Shown here one piece after another: positions 39,077 through 48,421 of a DNA stretch of 64,000 bases. Every line of letters begins with the position of its first letter. Position 1 is the stretch's first letter. This DNA is from an uncultured Thermoplasmata archaeon (GTDB lineage: Archaea; Thermoplasmatota; Thermoplasmata; UBA10834). Below the pieces are notes generated by a model. That model was not told the DNA's origin and did not search any database. It saw only the letters and a program-made list of their open reading frames with translations. The stretch spans positions 1-64,000 of the forward strand of contig CAVRDX010000003.1 in the NCBI GenBank assembly GCA_963719945.1. Reading direction: 5' to 3'. A program made the translations under genes and the position numbers.

Positions 39077-40636
39077 TTAACTCTCCTCCTTCTTCAGATG
39101 AACCACCCTCTGCGGGAATGGGATCTCTATTCCAGCATCATTCAGTTTGAGATATATCTCCTCGATCAACCTATCTCTCGCTGCCATTCTGCTACCGTTG
39201 TCATTGATCCAACATAGGACCTTGAACACTAGAGCCGAATCTCCCATGGAATCGAACAGGATCAATGGTCTCCGGTCATCTCTCGTGAGCAGCGAGTAGG
39301 GGCTGGCTTCTATTGCCTTCATGATGGCCGCTCGGACCTCGTTGGGATTGGAGCCATAGCCGACCCCGACATCCACATTGACCCTCGCGGGGTCGTTGAC
39401 ATTGCTGACTCTCACGATCTTCTCGTTGACCAGCTTGTTATTGGGTATGCTGATCATGGTCGCATCGGAGAACCTGTACAAACGCGTGGTCCGCAGTCCT
39501 ATCCTCCTGACATCGCACCAGTCTCCATCGGACAGTATTATCATGTCCCCTTCGCCAAAAGGCCTGTCGAGCAGCAGGAAGATGCCGCTGAAGAAGTTGG
39601 AGATGGTTTCCTGGGCCGCATATGCCAACACCATTGAAATGACAACGCCGCCAGCTACGAACATCGTCAGATCAACGCTCAGGACGTTGAGCGCGTAACC
39701 CAATCCTGCGATGCCAATCACGACGACACCGATCTTCTCCACCACGGGGATGAGGACATCGTCGATCTTGCTGGCGGTCTTCTTTGCAATCATCTTGCCA
39801 TAGTAAACGAGTATCTGTTTGAACAGTTTGTATGCCAGATAGAATATCACGAGGACTATGACGGCCCCGTATAGTGAAAGGACGAGGTCTCGAACCTCGA
39901 TCGGGATATGCATGTGCAGGGCGTCCAGAGACTGAACTACTCCATATGCGAACACCAATAGCAGGACAGGGGTCCTGATTATCCCAAGGATGATGTCATC
40001 CAACATAGTCGTCGTCTTTCGTGTCACGGCCAGAGCGATGCCATCCATGACATAGGCGATCCCGAAAGCGATCGCCAGCCAGATGATCACGTCTAGCAGG
40101 AAGACGCCCCATTCGTTGTCCAGTGGGTCTGGGAGAGGGTTCTCGAAGTATCCGAGGACTTTGTTCGCGCTCGCGAACGCGCCTATGATTCCTGTGTAGG
40201 CGTTGTCTGACGCGACCTGAACGAGATATCCGTTCTCATATACTCTGAATACTACCGTGAAGTTCGAATCTAGATCTCCGCGCTCAAGAGGCGCATGGAT
40301 CGTGGCGGTGATGGTGGTGAGATCACCTGGTTCGAGCAGAACCGAAGGGGTGCTCAGGTCCGCGGACCATCCATCGTTTGCTATGCTAGCTTCGATCTCT
40401 ATCGTCAGATTGGCCCCGGAGTCGACGTTTCTTATCGTCCAGTTATAGAGTGCGCTTTCCCCTGCGTGGACTTCCTTTTCGTAATTGTCGATTTCTATTA
40501 TCTGCATGAACTCGGGAGTTTCTGCAGAAGCACAGCTAGACAATGGAGCGGTCAATGCTATTGCTGCGAAAACCAGAACTGCCCATGAGATCATCAATCG
40601 ATTATGTACTTCTGCCAAGTGGTTCATCCTCCGCAC
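39077..40636 (-). CDS. mscS: Small-conductance mechanosensitive channel with an N-terminal extracellular Ig-like domain
   Basis: AAQETISNFFSG...DRPF, IGLRTT, IPNN, GIEIPFPQR. Confidence 0.9.
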   Translation of the reverse strand: MRRMNHLAEVHNRLMISWAVLVFAAIALTAPLSSCASAETPEFMQIIEIDNYEKEVHAGESALYNWTIRNVDSGANLTIEIEASIANDGWSADLSTPSVLLEPGDLTTITATIHAPLERGDLDSNFTVVFRVYENGYLVQVASDNAYTGIIGAFASANKVLGYFENPLPDPLDNEWGVFLLDVIIWLAIAFGIAYVMDGIALAVTRKTTTMLDDIILGIIRTPVLLLVFAYGVVQSLDALHMHIPIEVRDLVLSLYGAVIVLVIFYLAYKLFKQILVYYGKMIAKKTASKIDDVLIPVVEKIGVVVIGIAGLGYALNVLSVDLTMFVAGGVVISMVLAYAAQETISNFFSGIFLLLDRPFGEGDMIILSDGDWCDVRRIGLRTTRLYRFSDATMISIPNNKLVNEKIVRVSNVNDPARVNVDVGVGYGSNPNEVRAAIMKAIEASPYSLLTRDDRRPLILFDSMGDSALVFKVLCWINDNGSRMAARDRLIEEIYLKLNDAGIEIPFPQRVVHLKKEES

Positions 40637-40726
40637 TGGCTCGGTCTATGCGAAGAGACAATACGGAGAGACCACTTAACGGTTTTGGATGTCCATCCCT
40701 TGCAAGACTGGCCCAATCGATGCATC

Positions 40727-41473
40727 CTATGTGCTGAACTCCCTGAAAAGGGTGCATCTTGCCCTTCCATCGCTGATATTCTGTTTATAATCCGAGCACA
40801 TATGACAGAACGGACAGTTGTCTGTGCAGTCCATTTCTGTGATGTCCTGACCAACCTCATCATGTGTATCCTTCCAGGGTTGGGTGGCCATCATCGTCCC
40901 ATGGCTAGTAGGAATCTTGGCACAGACAATGGAGCGTTCGATATGCGCAGATTCGATGGCCTTCGTGGCTTCCGGAGAAGTCTCCAGGCCTGTAACGAGG
41001 ACCTTGCCAATATGCACGCCCATGGCTCTGATCTCTCTTTCGTGTCTCATCCTGACCTGAACAGCCCGAGAAAGGTTCGGTCCGCTCACAAGCACATCTT
41101 CGATGGGCATCGTCCTGATCTCATCCCGGATCAGGTCGGCCATGATGCACCGGATCCGATTTCTGATACTGTTCATCGAATCGGATCTGTGCTTTCCAGT
41201 GTATGGATCCAGCTCGAAGTCGAATGCCGAGGCAGCCATTCTCGGATATGCTATCCTGAAGATGACGTCGACATCTGCGCTGACAGGTTGCATGTCCTTC
41301 GATCGCGCCTTGGCTTTCGTTCTGATATCTGAAGATTTGATCGGGACGGATATCAAGTTCGTGAACCTTGGAAGATAATGAAAATCCATTCCCCTTCCCT
41401 CGTTCACGAGCTTCCCCTTGACAAATCTCATGGTGTGGCTTGCGCTATCTGCCTTGTGATGTCTCAATATCAT
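40727..41473 (-). CDS. SPFH/band-7-like protein with a Cys-rich C-terminal tail
   Basis: N-terminus resembles SPFH proteins (GKLVNEGRG..F.Y.P); ADVDVIFRI; SD GAGGGG; tail CTDNCPFCHMC...C. Confidence 0.6.
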   Translation of the reverse strand: MILRHHKADSASHTMRFVKGKLVNEGRGMDFHYLPRFTNLISVPIKSSDIRTKAKARSKDMQPVSADVDVIFRIAYPRMAASAFDFELDPYTGKHRSDSMNSIRNRIRCIMADLIRDEIRTMPIEDVLVSGPNLSRAVQVRMRHEREIRAMGVHIGKVLVTGLETSPEATKAIESAHIERSIVCAKIPTSHGTMMATQPWKDTHDEVGQDITEMDCTDNCPFCHMCSDYKQNISDGRARCTLFREFST

Positions 41474-41621
41474 GAGAATCCCCTCGTCTGGAATGCGGAT
41501 TCATGATACTGGCTATGATATTGTGCTTGATCACTGGCCGAGACTGTGCCGCAGGGATCAACCTGCAGGTTTGCTTGCGAATGCCTAGCTTCACTCACGG
41601 TGAAGACCCCTCCCCCGAAAT

Positions 41622-41686
41622 GGGCCACGACTCGGAAAGTCACGGCACTCAATAGTACGGTCAGTCCGCTCTTTGAGTCCTGGCCC
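41622..41686 (-). ncRNA. Candidate structured RNA element upstream of the SPFH gene
   Basis: GGGCCA-G-GACTC/GAGTC-G-TGGCCC closing stem with inner hairpins; begins about 25 nt downstream of TTTTAAG (41711-41717). Confidence 0.35.
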
Positions 41687-41830
41687 GCCACCAATATCTG
41701 TAAACTGACCCTTAAAACTTGGTGAAGCTGACCTGCAACCTTGTTCCCCTTCCGGAGCTCTCATTCTGATATGTACAAATCTGAGCATTTATCTGCATAT
41801 TGTTGGTCAATAATGGGCAATACTATACTA

Positions 41831-41845
41831 CAAGGATATTAATAA
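41831..41845 (+). promoter_or_regulatory. BRE/TATA promoter of the trp operon
   Basis: CAAGGA followed by TATTAATAA. Standard spacing predicts a TSS near 41868-41870, at the ATG. Confidence 0.65.
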
Positions 41846-41869
41846 TACATCAAACATCACATAATTGCG

Positions 41870-41935
41870 ATGGCACACAGGGGAGATTTATTTTGGCGTA
41901 TCGAACGCAGACACTCAGCCTTCGCCAGTATCTGA
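41870..41935 (+). CDS. Leaderless Trp-containing leader ORF MAHRGDLFWRIERRHSAFASI (candidate zero frame of trpE)
   Basis: ATG at the predicted TSS; TTT-TGG at 41891-41896; TGA 41933-41935. Confidence 0.55.
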   Translation: MAHRGDLFWRIERRHSAFASI

Positions 41936-43322
41936 TTCTCACTTGACGACGAGTCTGTCAATCGAGAAAGAGTGCAGCCTGGATGCAATATCTGTATTCT
42001 CATCCCTAAGGTCGAGCTTTGCTGGCGAGTGTTTCCTGCTCGAGTCAGTGGAAGGTACGCGGAAGAACGCGCGCTACTCGTTTGTAGGGGTGGGTCAGGT
42101 ATCTCAGTTCAAATCGATAGGCAACAAGATCGAGATAGGGGGCCAGGCTGCGACGGTCCCCGATCCCTATGGCGCGCTCCGATCCTATTTTAAATCGCTT
42201 AGATCAGGGGCATCTGAGGTCGCGCCTTTCTCTGGGGGGATGGTCGGCTACCTCGGATATGGAATGGTCAACCAATTCGACGGCATCCCGATGCCTCCCA
42301 CAGACGGCGAATCCCTGCCCGATATGCATTTCATGGTTCCAGAGCACCTGGTCTGTCTCGATCACCTCAATTCACGAACATTCCTCGTATCTCATGGAAA
42401 AATGGCTGACCTCAAGGAAGCACTTTCGAAGGCTCGCCCGGCGCCTCCTTCCGATTTGAAGATAACTGCCGGAAGATCCTCGGTGAACCAGGCAGAATTT
42501 GAGAAGATGGTCTCGACCGCAAAGGATGAGATTCTTGATGGGGAGATCTTTCAAGTAGTCCTTTCCCGCAGCACAGATTTCACCGTGGATGGCGACCCTC
42601 TTGAGATGTATCGAACACTCCGCGCCCTCAACCCTTCACCGTACATGTTCTATCTTGATTTCGGGAAGGTGAAGCTGCTGGGCTCCTCGCCAGAGATGTT
42701 GGTCAGGCTCGAGGGGAACAGATTGACCACCCGTCCTCTGGCAGGCACCAGGCCTAGATCTCCTGACATCGAGGATGATGAGAAGCTAAAGAACGAGCTC
42801 CTCCTCGATGAGAAGGAGCGGGCGGAGCACTTGATGCTGGTCGATCTTCATCGGAACGATATGGGACGAGTGTCCAAGTATGGTACTGTGAAAGTGACTG
42901 AGCTGATGGAGATCGAGAAGTACTCTCATGTTCAACACATCGTCAGCAACGTGGAGAGCGAGATACGGCCGGATGCTGATGGCTTCTCTGCGCTTCGTTC
43001 TTGTTTCCCAGCAGGTACCGTTACTGGCGCCCCAAAGATCAGAGCCATGGAGATAATATCTGCTCTGGAAGGTTCGCACAGAGGACTCTATGCCGGAACC
43101 GTCGGTTACTTCGATTTCACAGGTAACATGGACTTTGCCATCACCATCCGTTCAATAGTGGTCAACGGGAACCGTGCGAGACTCCAGGCAGGTGCTGGGA
43201 TAGTGGCCGATTCCGTGCCGGATCGAGAGTTCTCAGAGACCGAGCACAAGATGGGTGCCACACTGGAAGCTATCGAATCAGGGGACCCGAGGAGGGAAGG
43301 TCATGCGCATCTTACTCGTTGA
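41870..43322 (+). CDS. trpE: Anthranilate synthase component I (start unresolved: ATG 41870 via +1 shift, or TTG 41943)
   Basis: FLLESVEG, GEIFQVVLS, NPSPYMFY, SSPEML, PLAGT, EHLMLVDL, FPAGTVTGAPK. Confidence 0.95.
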
Positions 43323-43875
43323 CAATTATGATTCATTCGTCTACAACATCGCGCAATACCTGGGCGAGATCGGTGTCGATATTGAGGTGGAGAGGAACGA
43401 TTCAGGACGCATCGATGAGTTGGTTGATATCGTGGATGGGTTCGTGATTTCGCCAGGCCCTGGCCATCCAAGATCCGCCAGAAAGAGTCTCGATATTCTG
43501 AATCAGGGTGGATTCGGAAAACCGATACTCGGTGTCTGTCTCGGTCATCAGGCAATCGCGCATGTGCATGGTGGGTCGGTCGTTCGCGCGGACCAGGTAA
43601 TGCACGGCAAGGTCAGCAGGATAACGCATACGGAAGACCCACTTTTCGAGGGAATACCTCCATCGTTCACTGCGACCAGATATCATTCTCTATTGGTCGA
43701 TAGAGCAACTATTCCAGACTCCCTGGCGATCCTGGCTGAGACAGATCGGGGGGAGATCATGAGCCTAAGGGTGAAGGGGAAACCGATCTTTGGAGTTCAA
43801 TTCCATCCGGAATCCATAATGACCTCACACGGGAAGCGCCTGCTCCATAACTTCGCAAGGATGTGCGAACGATGA
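43303..43875 (+). CDS. trpG: Anthranilate synthase component II
   Basis: DNYDSF, SPGPG, GVCLGHQ, RYHSL, QFHPES. Confidence 0.95.
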   Translation: MRILLVDNYDSFVYNIAQYLGEIGVDIEVERNDSGRIDELVDIVDGFVISPGPGHPRSARKSLDILNQGGFGKPILGVCLGHQAIAHVHGGSVVRADQVMHGKVSRITHTEDPLFEGIPPSFTATRYHSLLVDRATIPDSLAILAETDRGEIMSLRVKGKPIFGVQFHPESIMTSHGKRLLHNFARMCER

Positions 43876-45833
43876 TACAGCAGGCGATTCGGGAAGTCAT
43901 CGACGGCAAAGACTTGGGTGCAGATGTGGCACAACAAGTGATGCGCGAGATGATGAGCGGTACTTCTACCTCGAGTCAGATCGCAGCCTTCGCGACCGCT
44001 ATGCGGATGAAGGGCGAAACTCAGGAAGAGCTACTGGGCTTCGCAAAGGCCATGCGAGAAAGTGCAACCCCTGTTTCATGTCCTCCGAATGCTGTCGATC
44101 TCTGCGGTACAGGAGGGGATGGGTGTAGCACATTCAACATCAGCACCGTCTCTTCGTTCGTCGTTGCTGCCGCTGGAGTCCCAGTCGCCAAGCACGGCAA
44201 CCGTGCCGTCTCAAGCAGGTCTGGCTCGGCGGATCTACTGGTTGCCCTCGGCATCCCAGTCGACCTCGGTCCTGATCTGGTTGAGAAATGTGTGGAAAAG
44301 GTCGGGATCGGCTTCATGTTCGCCCCGAGATTCCACGAAGCGATGAGAAACGTCGCTGCCACTAGACGGGAGATTGGGTTCAGGACATTCTTCAACATCC
44401 TGGGCCCAATCTCCAATCCCGCCAGCGTAAGGCACCAGCTGATGGGTATCTACGATCCCGAACTCGCCACGAAGGTTACAGGAGTCCTCCGAGATCTCGG
44501 GACCAAGAGAGCGCTTGTGGTCCACGGGAATGGGTTGGATGAAATCACGGATACTGGTCCGACCAGTGTCGTTGAATTGAGTTTGGGCAGAATCAATCGA
44601 TATGAGATCACACCAGAATCGTTCGGGTTCGAAGTCAATGATCCTTCCACCCATGTCGGTGGGAGTCCAGAAGAGAATGCAAGGATTGCTCTTTCCATTT
44701 TGAAGAATAGAGATCATATGAGGTCTCCAATCGTCGCGATGAATGCCGGAGCTGCTCTCTACGTGTCCGGTCACTCATCGACTATCGAGGACGGGGTCGA
44801 GACTGCCAAGAAAATGATTCACAATGGCCACGCGCTGAAGAAATTGGTGGAATTCTCATCTCTCGCAAATGAACTCGAGAAGAATCGTCAGATGTCGGAA
44901 GATGCATCCAACCTCCGAGAGTCCCGGATACATCCTGATGTTCTAAGGTCGAGATGCTCCGACCTGACTGCCGATATGCTATCGATGATAAGTGAGACCG
45001 ATCAAGGCGATGACATCCTAAGCACGCTCGATCAAGCATTATTCACCGCTCCTAATGTCCTCTCCGTCATAGTCGCTCGTCGAATTTTGAGCCTATCCCA
45101 GAGGTCGGGCATCGAAGGTGTCCAGCTTCCTCGTTCGAAGACTAGGATGTCCGAATCGATATCTTCGGAGGGTGGGATATCGCTGATAGCCGAATACAAA
45201 CCGCGATCACCTTCGACCCCACCACTAAGGGTCCCCCCGAATCCGTCCTCTGCTGCTCGAATACTGGATGAATCAGGATCCTCAGGGGTATCTGTTCTAG
45301 TTGAACCGGACTTCTTCGGCGGTGGGGAAGACCTGTTCGCAAGTTTCCGTTCGATAGTGTCCAAGCCCATGCTGTTCAAAGATTTTGTCGTGACCGAAGA
45401 CCAAGTCAGAATCGCCAGATCGCTTGGGGCCGATGCGATACTCCTGATCGCAAAAGCGCTTACTAGCCAATCTTTGGATGGGCTCATCAAGGCATGTATA
45501 TCAAATGGAGTCGAGCCTCTCGTCGAGACGCATGATTCCGAAGATATCGCTAAACTGTCCTCATGTCGATGCATGGATGCGGTGGACATGATTGGGATAA
45601 ACAGCAGGGATCTACGAACCCTCGATGTTGATCTTGCACAAGTGAACGAGTTGAGAAAACAGGCTCCACCAGGGAAGATACTCATTGCCGAGAGCGGACT
45701 CCGCTCTCCTGCAGATCTTCGCATGCTCCGAGGATTCGACGCGGTTTTGATGGGCTCCACCCTGATGGATTCAGATGATCTCCAAGTCATGCTGAGTGAT
45801 ATGGTATCCGTCGGGCGGAGCGTGGTCCGTTGA
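43872..45833 (+). CDS. trpD-trpC: Fused anthranilate phosphoribosyltransferase / indole-3-glycerol-phosphate synthase
   Basis: TrpD motifs DLCGTGGDG, FNIST, KHGNRAVSS, GLDE; TrpC motifs IAEYKPRSPS, KDF, GINSRDL, AESG; all in one frame. Confidence 0.93.
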   Translation: MIQQAIREVIDGKDLGADVAQQVMREMMSGTSTSSQIAAFATAMRMKGETQEELLGFAKAMRESATPVSCPPNAVDLCGTGGDGCSTFNISTVSSFVVAAAGVPVAKHGNRAVSSRSGSADLLVALGIPVDLGPDLVEKCVEKVGIGFMFAPRFHEAMRNVAATRREIGFRTFFNILGPISNPASVRHQLMGIYDPELATKVTGVLRDLGTKRALVVHGNGLDEITDTGPTSVVELSLGRINRYEITPESFGFEVNDPSTHVGGSPEENARIALSILKNRDHMRSPIVAMNAGAALYVSGHSSTIEDGVETAKKMIHNGHALKKLVEFSSLANELEKNRQMSEDASNLRESRIHPDVLRSRCSDLTADMLSMISETDQGDDILSTLDQALFTAPNVLSVIVARRILSLSQRSGIEGVQLPRSKTRMSESISSEGGISLIAEYKPRSPSTPPLRVPPNPSSAARILDESGSSGVSVLVEPDFFGGGEDLFASFRSIVSKPMLFKDFVVTEDQVRIARSLGADAILLIAKALTSQSLDGLIKACISNGVEPLVETHDSEDIAKLSSCRCMDAVDMIGINSRDLRTLDVDLAQVNELRKQAPPGKILIAESGLRSPADLRMLRGFDAVLMGSTLMDSDDLQVMLSDMVSVGRSVVR

Positions 45834-46417
45834 AGATCAAGATATGCGGGATCACCAATCTGTCCGATGCCGCAATGTGCGAGGAACTTGGAGCGGACAT
45901 GCTCGGTTTCGTCCATGTAGATGGCCGGGCCAGAAGCGTGACACCCGAGGCGATCTCCGAGATTGGATCTTGCCTCGGACAAGGTCTGACCAAGATTCTC
46001 GTATGCTATCCACAGTCCGCATCAGATGCAATCGATCTTGGTAGAAAGAGTGATGTGGATGCTATCCAATTGCATACTCTCTCTCCGGATGATATGAGCG
46101 ATATACGCGATGCAGGGTTCATGGTGATAAGGGCCGTGAAGGCTGATCGTTCCACCGCCCTTCCGTTCTCCGAAGCGGTCGATGCGCTTCTATTCGAGAA
46201 TGGGCTTCCGGGCACGGGAAGCGCATACGACTACAGTTCCGTTCCCATGGATTGTCACCCTAGAACGATTATTGCGGGCGGACTCAGACCAGCGAATGTC
46301 CATCTGGCCAAAGCAATGAATCCATATGCAGTGGATGTTTCGTCTGGAGTTGAGCGGATCATCGGTGCGAAGGATAGGGGACTATTGTCTGAATTCATCA
46401 GGAGATGCAGGGAATGA
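45830..46417 (+). CDS. trpF: Phosphoribosylanthranilate isomerase
   Basis: KICGIT, IQLH, AGGL, DVSSGVE. Confidence 0.95.
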   Translation: MKIKICGITNLSDAAMCEELGADMLGFVHVDGRARSVTPEAISEIGSCLGQGLTKILVCYPQSASDAIDLGRKSDVDAIQLHTLSPDDMSDIRDAGFMVIRAVKADRSTALPFSEAVDALLFENGLPGTGSAYDYSSVPMDCHPRTIIAGGLRPANVHLAKAMNPYAVDVSSGVERIIGAKDRGLLSEFIRRCRE

Positions 46418-47592
46418 ACAAGAATGGTTACTTTGGAGATTTCGGCGGGTTCTTCGTTCCAGAGATACTTGTCAGCGCATTGAAGGAGCTAGAGCGAGAA
46501 TATCAATCATTGTCAACTGATACAGAGTTCGCCGATGAACTGAATCATCTCCTTGAGACATATGCAGGCAGGCCTACCCCGTTGTTCTCCGCAAAGAACC
46601 TGTCGAAAGAATGCGGGGGCGCGAAGATATATCTCAAGCGCGAGGACCTATTGCATACAGGATCCCACAAGATCAACAATGCGCTCGGTCAGGCGTTGCT
46701 GGCGAAGCGGATCGGAAAGACTCGCATCATCGCAGAGACAGGCGCTGGTCAGCACGGAGTGGCCACCGCGACTGCATGTGCGCTTCTAGGTCTGAGATGC
46801 GAGATATTCATGGGCGAAGTGGATGTCGAGAGGCAGAGTTCCAATTGTTATCGGATGAATCTGTTGGGTGCGAAGTTGAACGTGGTCAGGGGCGGTTCGC
46901 GCACCCTCAAGGACGCCATCAACGAAGCCATGCGGGACTATGCAGCGACGAGTGAGGATACGCACTATCTCATCGGAAGCGTCGTCGGCCCCCACCCGTA
47001 TCCGACGATGGTCAGAGATTTCCAGTCTGTCATTGGTCGAGAGGCTAGGTCTCAGATACTGTCGATTGATGGTAGACTGCCTGACGCACTTGTAGCCTGC
47101 GTCGGCGGAGGCAGTAATTCCATAGGGCTCTTCCATCCTTTTGTGGCCGATGCCTCCGTCCGCATGTTCGGGGTTGAGGCAGGTGGGAAAGGGATCGATT
47201 CAGATATGCACTCCGCAAGTGTTGTCAGGGGAACGGAAGGCGTTCTTCATGGAGCCAAGAGTCTGGTTCTTCAGGATGAAGATGGACAGATAAATGAAAC
47301 GCATTCTGTTGCAGCGGGACTCGATTATCCTGCAGTCGGCCCTGAGCACGCATTCTTCAGCAGGTCGAAGCGGATCGAGTATAGCGCGATAAACGATGAC
47401 GAAGCGGTGTCAGCTTTTCATCATCTGTCGGAATCGGAAGGAATCGTTCCAGCATTGGAGAGCGCACATGCGATCTCCTTCGCATCAAAGTTGGCCAGCG
47501 ATATGAGCCCAGGGCAATCGATCATCGTATGTCTCTCTGGACGCGGTGATAAGGATGTCAATCAGATAGCTGCAATGGAGGGGAAATTGTGA
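46414..47592 (+). CDS. trpB: Tryptophan synthase beta chain (TrpB1)
   Basis: [41 protein letters not shown]. Confidence 0.97.
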   Translation: MNKNGYFGDFGGFFVPEILVSALKELEREYQSLSTDTEFADELNHLLETYAGRPTPLFSAKNLSKECGGAKIYLKREDLLHTGSHKINNALGQALLAKRIGKTRIIAETGAGQHGVATATACALLGLRCEIFMGEVDVERQSSNCYRMNLLGAKLNVVRGGSRTLKDAINEAMRDYAATSEDTHYLIGSVVGPHPYPTMVRDFQSVIGREARSQILSIDGRLPDALVACVGGGSNSIGLFHPFVADASVRMFGVEAGGKGIDSDMHSASVVRGTEGVLHGAKSLVLQDEDGQINETHSVAAGLDYPAVGPEHAFFSRSKRIEYSAINDDEAVSAFHHLSESEGIVPALESAHAISFASKLASDMSPGQSIIVCLSGRGDKDVNQIAAMEGKL

Positions 47593-48398
47593 GCAGACTT
47601 GCCGATGCGTTCTCATCACTCGAACATCAGGGGTCGTGTGCCTACATCCCGTACATATGTGCTGGCGATCCCGACTTGAAATTCACCGCTGAATTGGTGA
47701 GGACTCTCGATAAGAATGGAGCCGACATCTTCGAGATCGGTCTTCCCTTCTCCGATCCAATCGCAGATGGCCCGGTCATTCAGGCTGCGATGAAGCGATC
47801 ATTGGTTGCCGGATTCCGAACAGAGAAGGTCTTCGAGCTAATATCCGACTTGAGGAAGTCCTCTGTGTCAAAGCCAATCGTCGTAATGAGCTATTTCAAT
47901 CCGATCTTCAAGTACGGTGTGAAGCGATTCTGCGAGAACCTATCATCTTCTGGCGGTGACGCATTATTAGTGGTGGATCTGCCACCTGAAGAATCCCAAT
48001 GTCTCCGAAACCATTGTCGAGACACTGGCCTTGACATAATCAGACTGGTTACCCCTACGACTGAAGAGTCCCGTCTGGACTACCTTTTGTCTGATGCGTC
48101 CGGTTATGTCTATGCCGTATCAGTCGCCGGAACGACTGGTCAGAGGGACAATGTCCACAGCAATGTGCCTTCACTGATACAGAAGATAAGGGGTAAGACA
48201 AGTCTGCCTATCGCCATTGGTTTTGGGATATCCTGCCCTGAGCATGTACGGTCGGCAGTATCGATGGGATCGTCAGGAGTCATCGAGGGATCTCAACTCA
48301 TCTCGATTTATTCCGCGAATTTAGATGACAGAAATCATGCACTCATCAATGTTGCAGAGCATGCTAGGTCCATGAAATCCTCCACGGGAACTGAGTAG
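47589..48398 (+). CDS. trpA: Tryptophan synthase alpha chain
   Basis: [35 protein letters not shown]. Confidence 0.96.
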   Translation: MSRLADAFSSLEHQGSCAYIPYICAGDPDLKFTAELVRTLDKNGADIFEIGLPFSDPIADGPVIQAAMKRSLVAGFRTEKVFELISDLRKSSVSKPIVVMSYFNPIFKYGVKRFCENLSSSGGDALLVVDLPPEESQCLRNHCRDTGLDIIRLVTPTTEESRLDYLLSDASGYVYAVSVAGTTGQRDNVHSNVPSLIQKIRGKTSLPIAIGFGISCPEHVRSAVSMGSSGVIEGSQLISIYSANLDDRNHALINVAEHARSMKSSTGTE

Positions 48399-48421
48399 TT
48401 GATTCAGATGTCTTGATGGAT

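Noticed and set aside
41622-41693. Plus-strand tRNA-Pyl/Sec-like look (GGGCCA...TGGCCC-G-CCA)
   Set aside because: No valid T arm, a mismatched anticodon stem and no CUA anticodon. The minus-strand fold is better supported.
41772-41777. TGTACA resembling a Methanothermobacter TrpY box
   Set aside because: A single 6-mer is expected by chance, and no trpY is in the window.
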